A stretch of 39,626 nt of DNA from a virus (taxonomy: Duplodnaviria; Caudoviricetes). The stretch spans positions 1-39,626 of IMG/VR virus record IMGVR_UViG_3300032884_000025; one strand, 5' to 3'. Both the position numbers and the translations under genes were made by a program. The notes below the pieces were generated by a model, which worked only from the letters and a program-made list of their open reading frames with translations, did not search any database and was not told the DNA's origin. Of this stretch, positions 26,102 through 35,205 are shown in pieces; within the stretch, counting starts at the first letter, position 1; every line of letters starts with the position of its first letter.

Positions 26102-27532
26102 TTAACCGAAACGGAATAATACGAAGTTATTTGCACCTAAAGTACATACACATCTTTCAGATAAGAAGTTAACCTCCATTGCATCTAAGTCAGATGTTTG
26201 AGCACCACCGGCAGAACCTGTGATCCAAGTTTTGTAACGTCTGTCCTCAGCTTCAGAAGCACGGTATCTTACGTGTAAGAATGGTCTCTTAGCGTTTTTA
26301 CCTAAGATTTGATCGTACACAGAAGTAGAACCTGCAGGAACTAAAAGTCCTGTAATTGTACCTGTTGCAGTTGCAGCAGTATTACTTAAACCACCTCTCA
26401 TTGTAGGGTCATTCAAATATTTCCAATCAGATTTGTAGAAATCGTAACCTCTACGGAATCCTGTGAATCCTAAGTTTAATGCCATATCAACATCATTATC
26501 GAATAAACCGAAAGATGCAGATTGAGCAACACCACCTGAAGTATAACCATTCAATGTAGCTAACATATTGTCGATGTCAAAAGACAATCCACGGTTAACA
26601 AACACTACGTTTTCTTCGATAGCACCTTGCTTATCTAAACGAGAAACGATAGAATCCCAATCAGATAAAGAAGTTGGTGTACCACCACCCCAAACATTTC
26701 CTCTTTCGTTAACAACGTAGAAGATACCTTCAGACCCACCTTGACCATTTCCTCCAAGTACAGCTGCTGCACCTGAGTTATTTTGAGCAGGAACTGCTTC
26801 AATCATTGCAGTCTCTAAATAGTCTTCAAAACGCAAACGAGTTTCGTGCTCTGATTTCAAATACCACAAGTATCCTGTAGCACCGTTTTCAGTAGTTACT
26901 TCTACCCATCCGATTTGAGCCATATCAGAACCATTAACAGCATATTTATCTTTGATGATAATTGGTTTGTTGCTGTAGATGTCATCTTCTGCTTCTAATG
27001 AACCAACCATTCCGTTAGTTCCTTTTTTGAACTCAGAACCGTAAATAAATACAGTACAAGCTGTAGATACAGCAAATGCTTGACCTGTTGCTTCGTAGTA
27101 AGCTACTGTGAAAGTAGTTGCCGAAGGAACCGCAGTAACGATTGCTTTGTTGTAAACTCCTGAAGAGTTGTTTTGAATCATAACAGTTTGACCAATTCTA
27201 ATTGCGATGTAAGTTACACCTGTGTCAGCTACTGTAAAAGTTGCTGTGTTAGCGTTGATTGCTGCTGCGGAAGTACAGTTAGTGTACTTAATGTGAAGAC
27301 GACCTTGTTCTGCCCATTTAATTTGGTCAGAGTTAGAAGGCATCTCAGCACCTACCATTCTTAAGAATGATGCGATGGTTCTATTACCATATCTTTCAAA
27401 TTCTTTTTCGTAAGTATCAGGAAGATACTGATTCAAGAAGTTAAAGTTGGTAATATAGTTTGTTGATAACGCTACTTGCTCCGCTGCCGGTTGTAATGCA
27501 TAAGTAGGGTTGTTTAATAAAGCACTTGCCAT
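26102..27532 (-). CDS. Major capsid protein
   Basis: 476 aa after portal and scaffold; strongly biased codons (AAC, TAC, TTC, CGT); downstream hairpin; YLPDTYEKE.ERYGNR and GSEFKKG motifs as in Bacteroidota podovirus MCPs. Confidence 0.85.
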   Translation of the reverse strand: MASALLNNPTYALQPAAEQVALSTNYITNFNFLNQYLPDTYEKEFERYGNRTIASFLRMVGAEMPSNSDQIKWAEQGRLHIKYTNCTSAAAINANTATFTVADTGVTYIAIRIGQTVMIQNNSSGVYNKAIVTAVPSATTFTVAYYEATGQAFAVSTACTVFIYGSEFKKGTNGMVGSLEAEDDIYSNKPIIIKDKYAVNGSDMAQIGWVEVTTENGATGYLWYLKSEHETRLRFEDYLETAMIEAVPAQNNSGAAAVLGGNGQGGSEGIFYVVNERGNVWGGGTPTSLSDWDSIVSRLDKQGAIEENVVFVNRGLSFDIDNMLATLNGYTSGGVAQSASFGLFDNDVDMALNLGFTGFRRGYDFYKSDWKYLNDPTMRGGLSNTAATATGTITGLLVPAGSTSVYDQILGKNAKRPFLHVRYRASEAEDRRYKTWITGSAGGAQTSDLDAMEVNFLSERCVCTLGANNFVLFRFG

Positions 27533-27550
27533 GTTAAATTGTTTTTAAGT

Positions 27551-28648
27551 TTATAATCTTTTTATACTACGGATTTTAAGACTTCTACCGGAATCAGGAT
27601 TCACCGCTTTTACCTGCATTCCTTCCGTTGATTTTGTAACTTCAGGTGCTCTATTAGCTGACATTTGAATATTTTTAATGCTCTTCATAGTACCTTCTGT
27701 TGCATCAGCTTGACCTTGTTCGTAAAAGAACTTGGCAAACTTCTCAGGATTCATAGCGACTGCTAATGATTTGTGATAACCCGATGCATCTTTAATTAAC
27801 CCTTGCTCATCTAAAAACTTATTAATAAAGTTAGCAGGTGTAGCTTGAGCCTTTTTAAGTTCATTGGCTTCTCCGGGATTGAAAGTGATTTTTTTGTCAT
27901 TAACATTAAATTCAAAACCTTTGAACTCTCCGTTAAATACTTCATCAGATTTTTGGTTAAACCAATTTCTTTTTCTTTCGTTCTCTTCGTCAATCGTCTT
28001 CGCTTGTTGGGTATATTGCTTATAGTTTTCGTAAATTTCTCTTTCCTCATTAGAAATTAGTGGAGCACTTGACTCAAGCGGCACTTTATATTTTTCTTTT
28101 TGAGAATTAAAAAACTTCTTTGCTTCAGCAACAGCCTTTTTCTTTGTAATTTTAACTCTTTTAATATGTGATTCATCGTCAACATCTTCGTCAAAACGAT
28201 AATCATCCATTAAAGAATCAATATCATCAGCATCAAGTCCTTCTTGAGTTACTGATAAATAACTTTTAAGTAAACTTTCAGGTTCCATTGAATCATAATC
28301 TTTCTTAAGATTTAAGAAATCTTCAAATCCCCTTCCTGTTTCCTTTTTATATTTCATATAAGTAGCGACATCTTCAGGTAAAGCTTCAGCTTCTTCTCTT
28401 TGTGCCGTTAATTCATCTAATGAATTTATCTGCTTATTATATCTTTTTCCAATATATGAAAGAACTTGTTCTTCATCTAATTCAGGTTTCTGTATAATAT
28501 CTTGTACAGTATCCTGTTGTTTTATATCGTCTTGTACAATATCTTGTACATCGTCAAACTGTTGTTCGTGTTTATCAAGTAACTCTTGTTCTACTTGAGC
28601 AACTCCTTTTTCTTCGGAGCCATCTAATAATCTAACTTTCATTTCCAT
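27551..28648 (-). CDS. Putative capsid scaffolding protein
   Basis: Acidic, helical 365-aa protein between portal and MCP. Confidence 0.7.
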   Translation of the reverse strand: MEMKVRLLDGSEEKGVAQVEQELLDKHEQQFDDVQDIVQDDIKQQDTVQDIIQKPELDEEQVLSYIGKRYNKQINSLDELTAQREEAEALPEDVATYMKYKKETGRGFEDFLNLKKDYDSMEPESLLKSYLSVTQEGLDADDIDSLMDDYRFDEDVDDESHIKRVKITKKKAVAEAKKFFNSQKEKYKVPLESSAPLISNEEREIYENYKQYTQQAKTIDEENERKRNWFNQKSDEVFNGEFKGFEFNVNDKKITFNPGEANELKKAQATPANFINKFLDEQGLIKDASGYHKSLAVAMNPEKFAKFFYEQGQADATEGTMKSIKNIQMSANRAPEVTKSTEGMQVKAVNPDSGRSLKIRSIKRL

Positions 28649-28680
28649 TTTAATTTGATTTTATTTGATTTAATTTTTTA

Positions 28681-28688
28681 CAAATGTA
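28681..28688 (-). promoter_or_regulatory. Bacteroidota sigma70 -7 box (TACATTTG)
   Basis: TAnnTTTG in the portal-scaffold gap, followed by an AAATT/AAATC-rich leader. Confidence 0.6.
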
Positions 28689-28706
28689 AACATTTTTGTT
28701 TATATT

Positions 28707-31142
28707 TTATCGAGGCTCAAATTCTGATAAATCAAAACCATCTAAACTATCTTCATTAGATTCAAAATTTAACGGAGGTAAGTTGTTTTTTCTTTGGTCT
28801 ATCAATTTTGATTGCTCTGTATTTTGTTGACTAATACGTTTACCCTTAGCATCTTCTCTTTCTTTTTCACGTTGGCTTAGTGTTTGCATTTCAATTCCAT
28901 TAAGATGTTGGTTATATTGAAACTCTTCAGCCATTAAGTGAGATTTTAACTCAGCTTGGACCTGCATTGTTTTAATATTATATTCAGTCTCCATTTGTTT
29001 TAACTGCATCTTAGTTTGTAATTCTACCTGCATTTTTTGAATAGCTAACTGACCTGCCATCTCTTGAGATTTTAATTGCTGCTGAGCCACCATTGCTTGT
29101 TGTTGCATTTTCATTTGCTCTTCACGATCTTGTTTCTTAATTCGCTTCATCTTCAATAATTGATTAGCAAGTTTAAGATTTCTAATCTCACGAATATCAA
29201 TAGCATCTTCAAGATTAACATCTCCTTTAGATAATGCCATTTGAATATTAGCTTCAAGTTGTGCTTTTTGTTCTTCATCAGGAGCAATCTCAATAAAGAT
29301 ACCAAAATCATAAATATAAAGATCTGAAATGTCTCCTAATATGGAAACATTGTATCTACCGATTTGGTTTATAAATTCATCTTTAAAGTCAGAGTACTCT
29401 AATATATCTCCAATTCTATAAGTCAAAGCCTCAGCCATTGAACGATAAATATATAGACCACCCTCAAGAATATGACGAGTAGCTGTATTTGAATTTAAAG
29501 CAGCCATTTTTTGCAATCCAACTAATGAATTAGGATCAGGAGTAGAACCATCTCTTGCTTCATTTAAGCCGGTTACAGTTCTAATCATATCCATATAATG
29601 GTTATAGTTAGAAATTAGCATTTGTGTTTTCCCTACACCTGTATTAGAATTTAATTGTGTAATTGGAATCTTAGCATTGTTAAAGTCTCCATCTTGAGTA
29701 AAGCTTCTACCAATTACCGAACCCGTTTGAAAGTACAATCTTAAAGCATCTTCAGGATTGTAAGCCGCACCATTACCTAAGTCAACCTCGTTAAGACCAT
29801 CGGCATCAATAAATACACCATCAGGTACAACACGATTAATAACTTGTTGTAATTTTAAATGTGTAATTTGTATAAGGTCCGCAAATGGTATCATTCTACG
29901 AACTAAAGATTCAACAGCTCCTTTATACATACGAGGTGCTGATGCAATATAATTTGGTAATGCGTGTTGTGAGGCTGATTTTGGTCTAACCATATTCTCA
30001 GACAATCTCCATTGTAAAAGAATATTAGTACCCATAACCATAATACCTTCATACCATACATCAATAGTTTTCTCTATTTTCTCAAAGTTTCCTTCTTCCA
30101 TCATCTCTGTTGGAGGATTGAAAGTGTCGTCTTTTTGTATTACACGTGAACCACCATTATCAAGTATTTTCTTTTTATAAACTATTTTTTTAGTAGTCTT
30201 ATAGTTAAAGTACATTAACGTACAAGTATCACGAGAGAATACACTATTCTCATAAAATTGAGCTACATTAAAATAATCATACCAACCTTGGCTATATTGA
30301 GTTATTTCTTGTAAATCTTCCTTAGTTAATTTTTGGTCAATTTTCATTAACTCACTAATAGGAAGAGTTTTAATTTCACCCCAATAAAAACAATCTTTAA
30401 AATAAGGGTCTTCAGTATAACTATAAACAACATTAGCAGGATCAACATAAGATATTTGAACACCTGTTCCTTGTAAAAACTCGTGTTTTGCTATAGATAT
30501 ACCAAGTACGGTAGCGTCATAGTCAAGTCTTTTTCTAATATCATCGTAATGGTTTTCGTCAAATATAGTATTAATAGCTTCTTCTTCAGCTATTTCAATT
30601 GCAGGTTTGTAGTTGAGTTGCATATATAAACTCAACTCTTCATCAGTTTCAGGAAGTTTATTAGGATCCATAGTGAAAGCACTATAACCTGTTTCTTCTT
30701 GTATAGTTTTTAGAACAGGTTTTGCAATCATCTGTCCTTCAATCATATTTTGATATTTACTTCTTTTAGATTGAGACATAGCATCTTGTGCATATACCTT
30801 AACCTTAAATAATCTATCCGCCATTCCGTTAACAACAATGTCAACAAACTTAGGTATAATAGGAACAGGTGTCCAATCCAAGTTTAGGTATGATAAATCA
30901 CCATCAATTGCTAATTCATTTTTATATTTTCCTACTGATTGTTCTCCTCTTGCATATAGCCTAAGTCTATGAAATTCTTTCCACTGACCATAATATCTAC
31001 AATTATTTCCATCCTTTCTGAACCATTCATATTGAATAGCTTGTCCAACTTGTAGTCCAAATTGTTCGGATGCTTTCTCCGCATCAGTAGCTAACTGACT
31101 TGGAAAGGCTGACGATGTAATATCGATTGTTACGTTTTTCAT
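28707..31142 (-). CDS. Portal protein
   Basis: 811 aa right after the terminase; PIIPKFVDIVVNG motif; long Q/M/E coiled-coil barrel as in P22/crAss-type portals. Confidence 0.85.
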   Translation of the reverse strand: MKNVTIDITSSAFPSQLATDAEKASEQFGLQVGQAIQYEWFRKDGNNCRYYGQWKEFHRLRLYARGEQSVGKYKNELAIDGDLSYLNLDWTPVPIIPKFVDIVVNGMADRLFKVKVYAQDAMSQSKRSKYQNMIEGQMIAKPVLKTIQEETGYSAFTMDPNKLPETDEELSLYMQLNYKPAIEIAEEEAINTIFDENHYDDIRKRLDYDATVLGISIAKHEFLQGTGVQISYVDPANVVYSYTEDPYFKDCFYWGEIKTLPISELMKIDQKLTKEDLQEITQYSQGWYDYFNVAQFYENSVFSRDTCTLMYFNYKTTKKIVYKKKILDNGGSRVIQKDDTFNPPTEMMEEGNFEKIEKTIDVWYEGIMVMGTNILLQWRLSENMVRPKSASQHALPNYIASAPRMYKGAVESLVRRMIPFADLIQITHLKLQQVINRVVPDGVFIDADGLNEVDLGNGAAYNPEDALRLYFQTGSVIGRSFTQDGDFNNAKIPITQLNSNTGVGKTQMLISNYNHYMDMIRTVTGLNEARDGSTPDPNSLVGLQKMAALNSNTATRHILEGGLYIYRSMAEALTYRIGDILEYSDFKDEFINQIGRYNVSILGDISDLYIYDFGIFIEIAPDEEQKAQLEANIQMALSKGDVNLEDAIDIREIRNLKLANQLLKMKRIKKQDREEQMKMQQQAMVAQQQLKSQEMAGQLAIQKMQVELQTKMQLKQMETEYNIKTMQVQAELKSHLMAEEFQYNQHLNGIEMQTLSQREKEREDAKGKRISQQNTEQSKLIDQRKNNLPPLNFESNEDSLDGFDLSEFEPR

Positions 31143-34100
31143 CTAATTAATTCACTTGTTGTTCCATCATTCGAATACCTTGCGAAGTTAACAATAATTT
31201 TTGAATCTTTTTTCTCCGGAATATATAAATGCTTCTGATTAGCCATAATAGCTAATCCTGAGCTTATAGATGCATCGAATTTAGTTCTATCGTTAATATC
31301 AAATTTTGCCCAATCCTCCAAAGTTCTTGTAAAAGGCATTGTGCCCATACTATCATTCTCTCTGTAGGTTGAGGTAAAATCAATCCCTACATATTTTTCT
31401 ATGTAAGACTCAATTGCAGAAGCGTGTGACTGCTTCACATCCTCAGAAGAGTTTGGCATTCCCCCAAGCTCTCTCTCAGTTTTTGTTAATTTATTATATT
31501 GTTTATCAGGTCTATTTAAAGAGTACCCTCTATATCCTCTATTTTTAAAATGGTATAATAATCTTGGCTTATTGTTCTCAATTAATATTGGCATACCATA
31601 AAATACACAAGCCATTAATACTTCTTCAAAAAATATCTCAGCCGTTTGTGGTCTTGCAATATACTCTAAGAAAAATTCATTAGAAGGTGCTTCATCCATA
31701 TTAAATTTAGTAAGCCCATGCAAAGAACCATTAGACCCTCTTCCTCCAACTACAGCCGATATATCATACGAGTCACACCCAAATGACCCTATATGCTCAT
31801 TACCGGGGTGTCGCATTCCATTTTTAAAATAGTGATTATTTTGTAAATGTTTTGCAGGCGTCCAACTAACTGAGAATCTACCTCTTGTATCAGGTGTAAA
31901 TACAACCTCAGTATCTTTCATACCGTCTCTCCAATGAAAAGACCCACGAGTAGTATAATGCTCTTTTATTAAACTGTCGTTATAATCTATCTGTTGATAT
32001 ATTTTTGTAAGGTTGAATAAAGACTGTTTACTTTCATCTCTAAATGCGTGTGACTCTGTTCTTGGAAACTGACGATAAAACTCATTTAATGCATCAGAAT
32101 CATTTTTAAGTGAATCAACCTCAGCTTCCCAATAATCAACAGCACCATTCTTTATCATCATATTGTCAACCCCTTTAATAGGATCCTCAGGTTTACGAAA
32201 TACAGGCATACCATATAAATCTATAAATCCCTCCATATTCCATTCCATAGGAATAAACAACGCATACAGACCACTTTTAGTTTGACCATTCGCATTACGT
32301 GTAGTAACTACTGAATCTTCAAACATATCTTTATAGTTTTGTCCCCCTTTAGATAATGCATTCGATGTTGAACCCATCATACACTTACCAATTATTTTAG
32401 AACCCAATCGAAGACACGTTTTAGTTACTCGCCAATTCTCCTTAATGTTATTTGGCTTAGTCCATTTACCACTATTTAAACTTAAAGTAAAATCATCTAA
32501 TATTAACTTTCTTTCATCATCATCTTCTCCATCTACTTGTATTCCTATATAATCTCCTTTATCTAAATACTCTACAGAAACTTTATTTCTTCTCCCTCTT
32601 GTTTGAGGAATATAATCTTCAAAAGATTTCTTTTTAGTAATAATTGGTATTTTAGCAAGGTCTCCTGATATATATAATCTATATACATCAGTATTATAAT
32701 TACTTATACTATGTTTAACATTAGAACAAGATAAACCACAAGATAAAGCAATAAACCGAATAGAATCAACTATATGTTTTTTACTCATTCCAATCTCTAC
32801 AGCTCCTTTATTTTTATCAGAATAACCATCAGAATCAATTAATCCTGCCAATAATTGAAGTCTTGTCTCTATTGAAGATTTAATATATTGTTCAGGTATA
32901 TGTTTATTATTATATACTCCTATATCTCTTAAAGATTGATTGATACCTTTAAATCTAAATTCAATTATTTTTTCACAAGATACTTTTTTAAGTTCAAAAG
33001 GTATATTTTTCATTTTAGCAATCATGCCTAAATAGTGTAATAATTCAGGCTCCTCTTCTTTATTTACTAATATTGTAAATGCTTGTTTTCTACCATCACC
33101 TAACCACAATCCTAATAAGTAAGGAGGTATTCCGTTAAATACATCTTCAGATTCTATACCATTAGATACAATTCTTGTTAAATGCTGTTTTCTATATTTA
33201 GATGAATTAAAAAATTCTTTAGCAGTTAATATTACCTCTCCTTTATTATAATCATTTAATACTAATCTGTGATTTTCTGTAACTATATAATCCTTACCGT
33301 ATGGTTGTTTAATTAAATATCTATCGGTTTCTCCTGATGTTTTCTTGGTAACTGTTTTTATTTTACCGCCTTCGACAATAACTTTGTCGCCTATATTAAT
33401 ATCTTTAATTTCTTTAAATGTCCAATCTTCAGTAAGTATCAAAGTATTAGGAGCATAACACTCATCGTGTGCTAAGAATAGAAGTTTTTCCCCATCATAA
33501 GAGTTATCTTCTGTATTCTTCCAATCTATTGATGTATCTAAGCCCTCTATAATTTCAGTCTCAGTATCGTACATATTCTTCTTTGTAATCTTAGATGCAG
33601 GTACACGGAAAGCCAACTCTGTCTTTGGTTTATCCATACCATCCATAATAGGTTTAAAAAAGAAAGGTAATCTACTATTAATTGGAACTACCTTATCTGT
33701 AAACATTTTCTTAGCATCGGCTCCTGTCTTAGACAATATCCCAATACGGGAATCTCTTGCAAGAGTTCCTATGTTTACACACTCAGATGATGACATAAAA
33801 GAGAATCCTGAACGTCTAATCTTTAGGTATATCATTCCAAAACTTCTTGTATCTGCTTTACAAGCTTCCCAAAAAATCCAATAGATTCTATTTGCTTCAC
33901 GAAAGTCAGGATAACCAACGTCAATACTTGACCATTGTAAATACATATAATGAGAACCTGTAATATAAGTAGGTACGCTATTATTCATAAACCAATATCC
34001 CTTTTCTCTATAATCAAACTCTTGCTCAATATAATCTACCCATCTGTTTTTAAATTCAGAAGGCATTTCGTTCCACTGAAAGATTGATTGTATTCTTGAG

Positions 34101-34372
34101 AGTTGTTTAGGCATTGGCTCTCTCTCCCAATGTTGTTCTTTTTTTAAATCACTTCTTTTGTGACATTCTTTTGGAGCTTTAGGTAATGCAATATAAAGAC
34201 CTGAGATATTAACTATCTCGCCTATTTCCCCTGTCTTTGATATTATTATAACATCATATTGTTCATTATAGCCATATATCCAAGACTTATTACCATTTTT
34301 CTTGGTAATAGCGTTAGAGGGTATATAGTCTTTAACTATAGTATAAATATTATTTTGATCTTCTTTCTGCAA
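31139..34372 (-). CDS. terL: Terminase large subunit with an intein (about 748 aa after splicing)
   Basis: Variant Walker A KIRRSGFS, Walker B FLAHDE, coupling motif GST, RNase H-like GCDSYD...IENN...KFDASI; TTG start overlapping the upstream gene. Confidence 0.9.
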   Translation of the reverse strand: MQKEDQNNIYTIVKDYIPSNAITKKNGNKSWIYGYNEQYDVIIISKTGEIGEIVNISGLYIALPKAPKECHKRSDLKKEQHWEREPMPKQLSRIQSIFQWNEMPSEFKNRWVDYIEQEFDYREKGYWFMNNSVPTYITGSHYMYLQWSSIDVGYPDFREANRIYWIFWEACKADTRSFGMIYLKIRRSGFSFMSSSECVNIGTLARDSRIGILSKTGADAKKMFTDKVVPINSRLPFFFKPIMDGMDKPKTELAFRVPASKITKKNMYDTETEIIEGLDTSIDWKNTEDNSYDGEKLLFLAHDECYAPNTLILTEDWTFKEIKDINIGDKVIVEGGKIKTVTKKTSGETDRYLIKQPYGKDYIVTENHRLVLNDYNKGEVILTAKEFFNSSKYRKQHLTRIVSNGIESEDVFNGIPPYLLGLWLGDGRKQAFTILVNKEEEPELLHYLGMIAKMKNIPFELKKVSCEKIIEFRFKGINQSLRDIGVYNNKHIPEQYIKSSIETRLQLLAGLIDSDGYSDKNKGAVEIGMSKKHIVDSIRFIALSCGLSCSNVKHSISNYNTDVYRLYISGDLAKIPIITKKKSFEDYIPQTRGRRNKVSVEYLDKGDYIGIQVDGEDDDERKLILDDFTLSLNSGKWTKPNNIKENWRVTKTCLRLGSKIIGKCMMGSTSNALSKGGQNYKDMFEDSVVTTRNANGQTKSGLYALFIPMEWNMEGFIDLYGMPVFRKPEDPIKGVDNMMIKNGAVDYWEAEVDSLKNDSDALNEFYRQFPRTESHAFRDESKQSLFNLTKIYQQIDYNDSLIKEHYTTRGSFHWRDGMKDTEVVFTPDTRGRFSVSWTPAKHLQNNHYFKNGMRHPGNEHIGSFGCDSYDISAVVGGRGSNGSLHGLTKFNMDEAPSNEFFLEYIARPQTAEIFFEEVLMACVFYGMPILIENNKPRLLYHFKNRGYRGYSLNRPDKQYNKLTKTERELGGMPNSSEDVKQSHASAIESYIEKYVGIDFTSTYRENDSMGTMPFTRTLEDWAKFDINDRTKFDASISSGLAIMANQKHLYIPEKKDSKIIVNFARYSNDGTTSELIR
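32474..33460 (-). mobile_element. Intein (329 aa) with a LAGLIDADG homing endonuclease
   Basis: N-junction HDE/CYAPNTLIL, block B VTENHRL, LAGLIDADG blocks YLLGLWLGDG and LLAGLIDSDG, block F YIGIQVD, C-junction FTLSLN/SGKW; removal restores HDESGKW. Confidence 0.92.
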
Positions 34373-34634
34373 ATCCTTGTTTTGTATCAGTTTTACTTTC
34401 TCCTTTTTCTGCTATTTCAAGATTATCTTTCTCTGTTTCTATTCTATTAAGAATTTCAAAAGCATCGAATATAGCTAACTTCTTTGTTGCTGCTGCATTT
34501 TTTAATTTGTCAGCCGCTAAATCATCTCCTTCCATATCAGGATTTAAGATTGATTCCTCTGCAACTTTTATTAGTTCTAATACTGCTTTATGACCCGCAG
34601 CTATAATTTTTAATTTTGTTTCTTTAGTTGTCAT
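34350..34634 (-). CDS. Conserved small helical protein, candidate terminase small subunit
   Basis: 94 aa, overlapping the terL start; assignment by position only. Confidence 0.45.
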   Translation of the reverse strand: MTTKETKLKIIAAGHKAVLELIKVAEESILNPDMEGDDLAADKLKNAAATKKLAIFDAFEILNRIETEKDNLEIAEKGESKTDTKQGFAERRSK

Positions 34635-34638
34635 ATTA

Positions 34639-35205
34639 TTATCTATAAAACATTACATATACCATTCTTCCTTCTTTCCAACCTGTATTTGGATATTTAC
34701 TATGAAAGTAATTAGAAGGGTACATAAGTGCACGATTTGGTCTATAACCAACTACAGAATGTAAATCCCAATTATCTAAATTATTTGCTTCTTCTGAAAG
34801 AAATCTATCTGCCTCTTCATTGGAAACATCTAAAGGCATTTCATATCCAACTTCTTTGTGCTTCCAAAAAGCAGTTCCATGAAGCCCTTCTTTTGTAGAT
34901 GGAGAGATGTATAATACTAATGCTCTTTCAGGTCTAATATCGCCTACTTTTGAGTCTGCGTGGATTCTCCAATCAGTATCAAACTCTTCTGTTGCTACCC
35001 TAAAGAATCCTAATAAACATTCTCTTTGAACACCATCTATAGCAGATAACTTTTCTAATATTATTTTATCAAAATCCTCATAGGTATATTGTACCCAAAA
35101 AGATTTATCTCCAACTTCTACTCTTACAAATTCATTATCAGATAATCTCTGATAAACAGTATCGTATAAATCTTGGTTTAAAAAATCATCTACAATATTT
35201 ATCAT
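34639..35205 (-). CDS. 2OG-Fe(II) oxygenase superfamily protein
   Basis: IVDDFL start, HxD (IHAD), VLYISP...GTAFW, NRALMY...FHS and distal R (GRMVYVMF). Confidence 0.85.
   Translation of the reverse strand: MINIVDDFLNQDLYDTVYQRLSDNEFVRVEVGDKSFWVQYTYEDFDKIILEKLSAIDGVQRECLLGFFRVATEEFDTDWRIHADSKVGDIRPERALVLYISPSTKEGLHGTAFWKHKEVGYEMPLDVSNEEADRFLSEEANNLDNWDLHSVVGYRPNRALMYPSNYFHSKYPNTGWKEGRMVYVMFYR

Noticed and set aside
27811-28050. 79-aa +1-frame ORF inside the scaffold gene
   Set aside because: The K/L/M-rich sequence is what an off-frame reading of an E/D/K-rich gene gives; no recognisable motif, unlike the MPFKSK ORF. Not fully excluded.
28490-28556. Short imperfect GTACAAGATAT-type repeats
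   Set aside because: In-frame coding micro-duplications (VQDIVQDD...VQDIIQ) in the disordered scaffold N-terminus; no CRISPR or iteron spacing.
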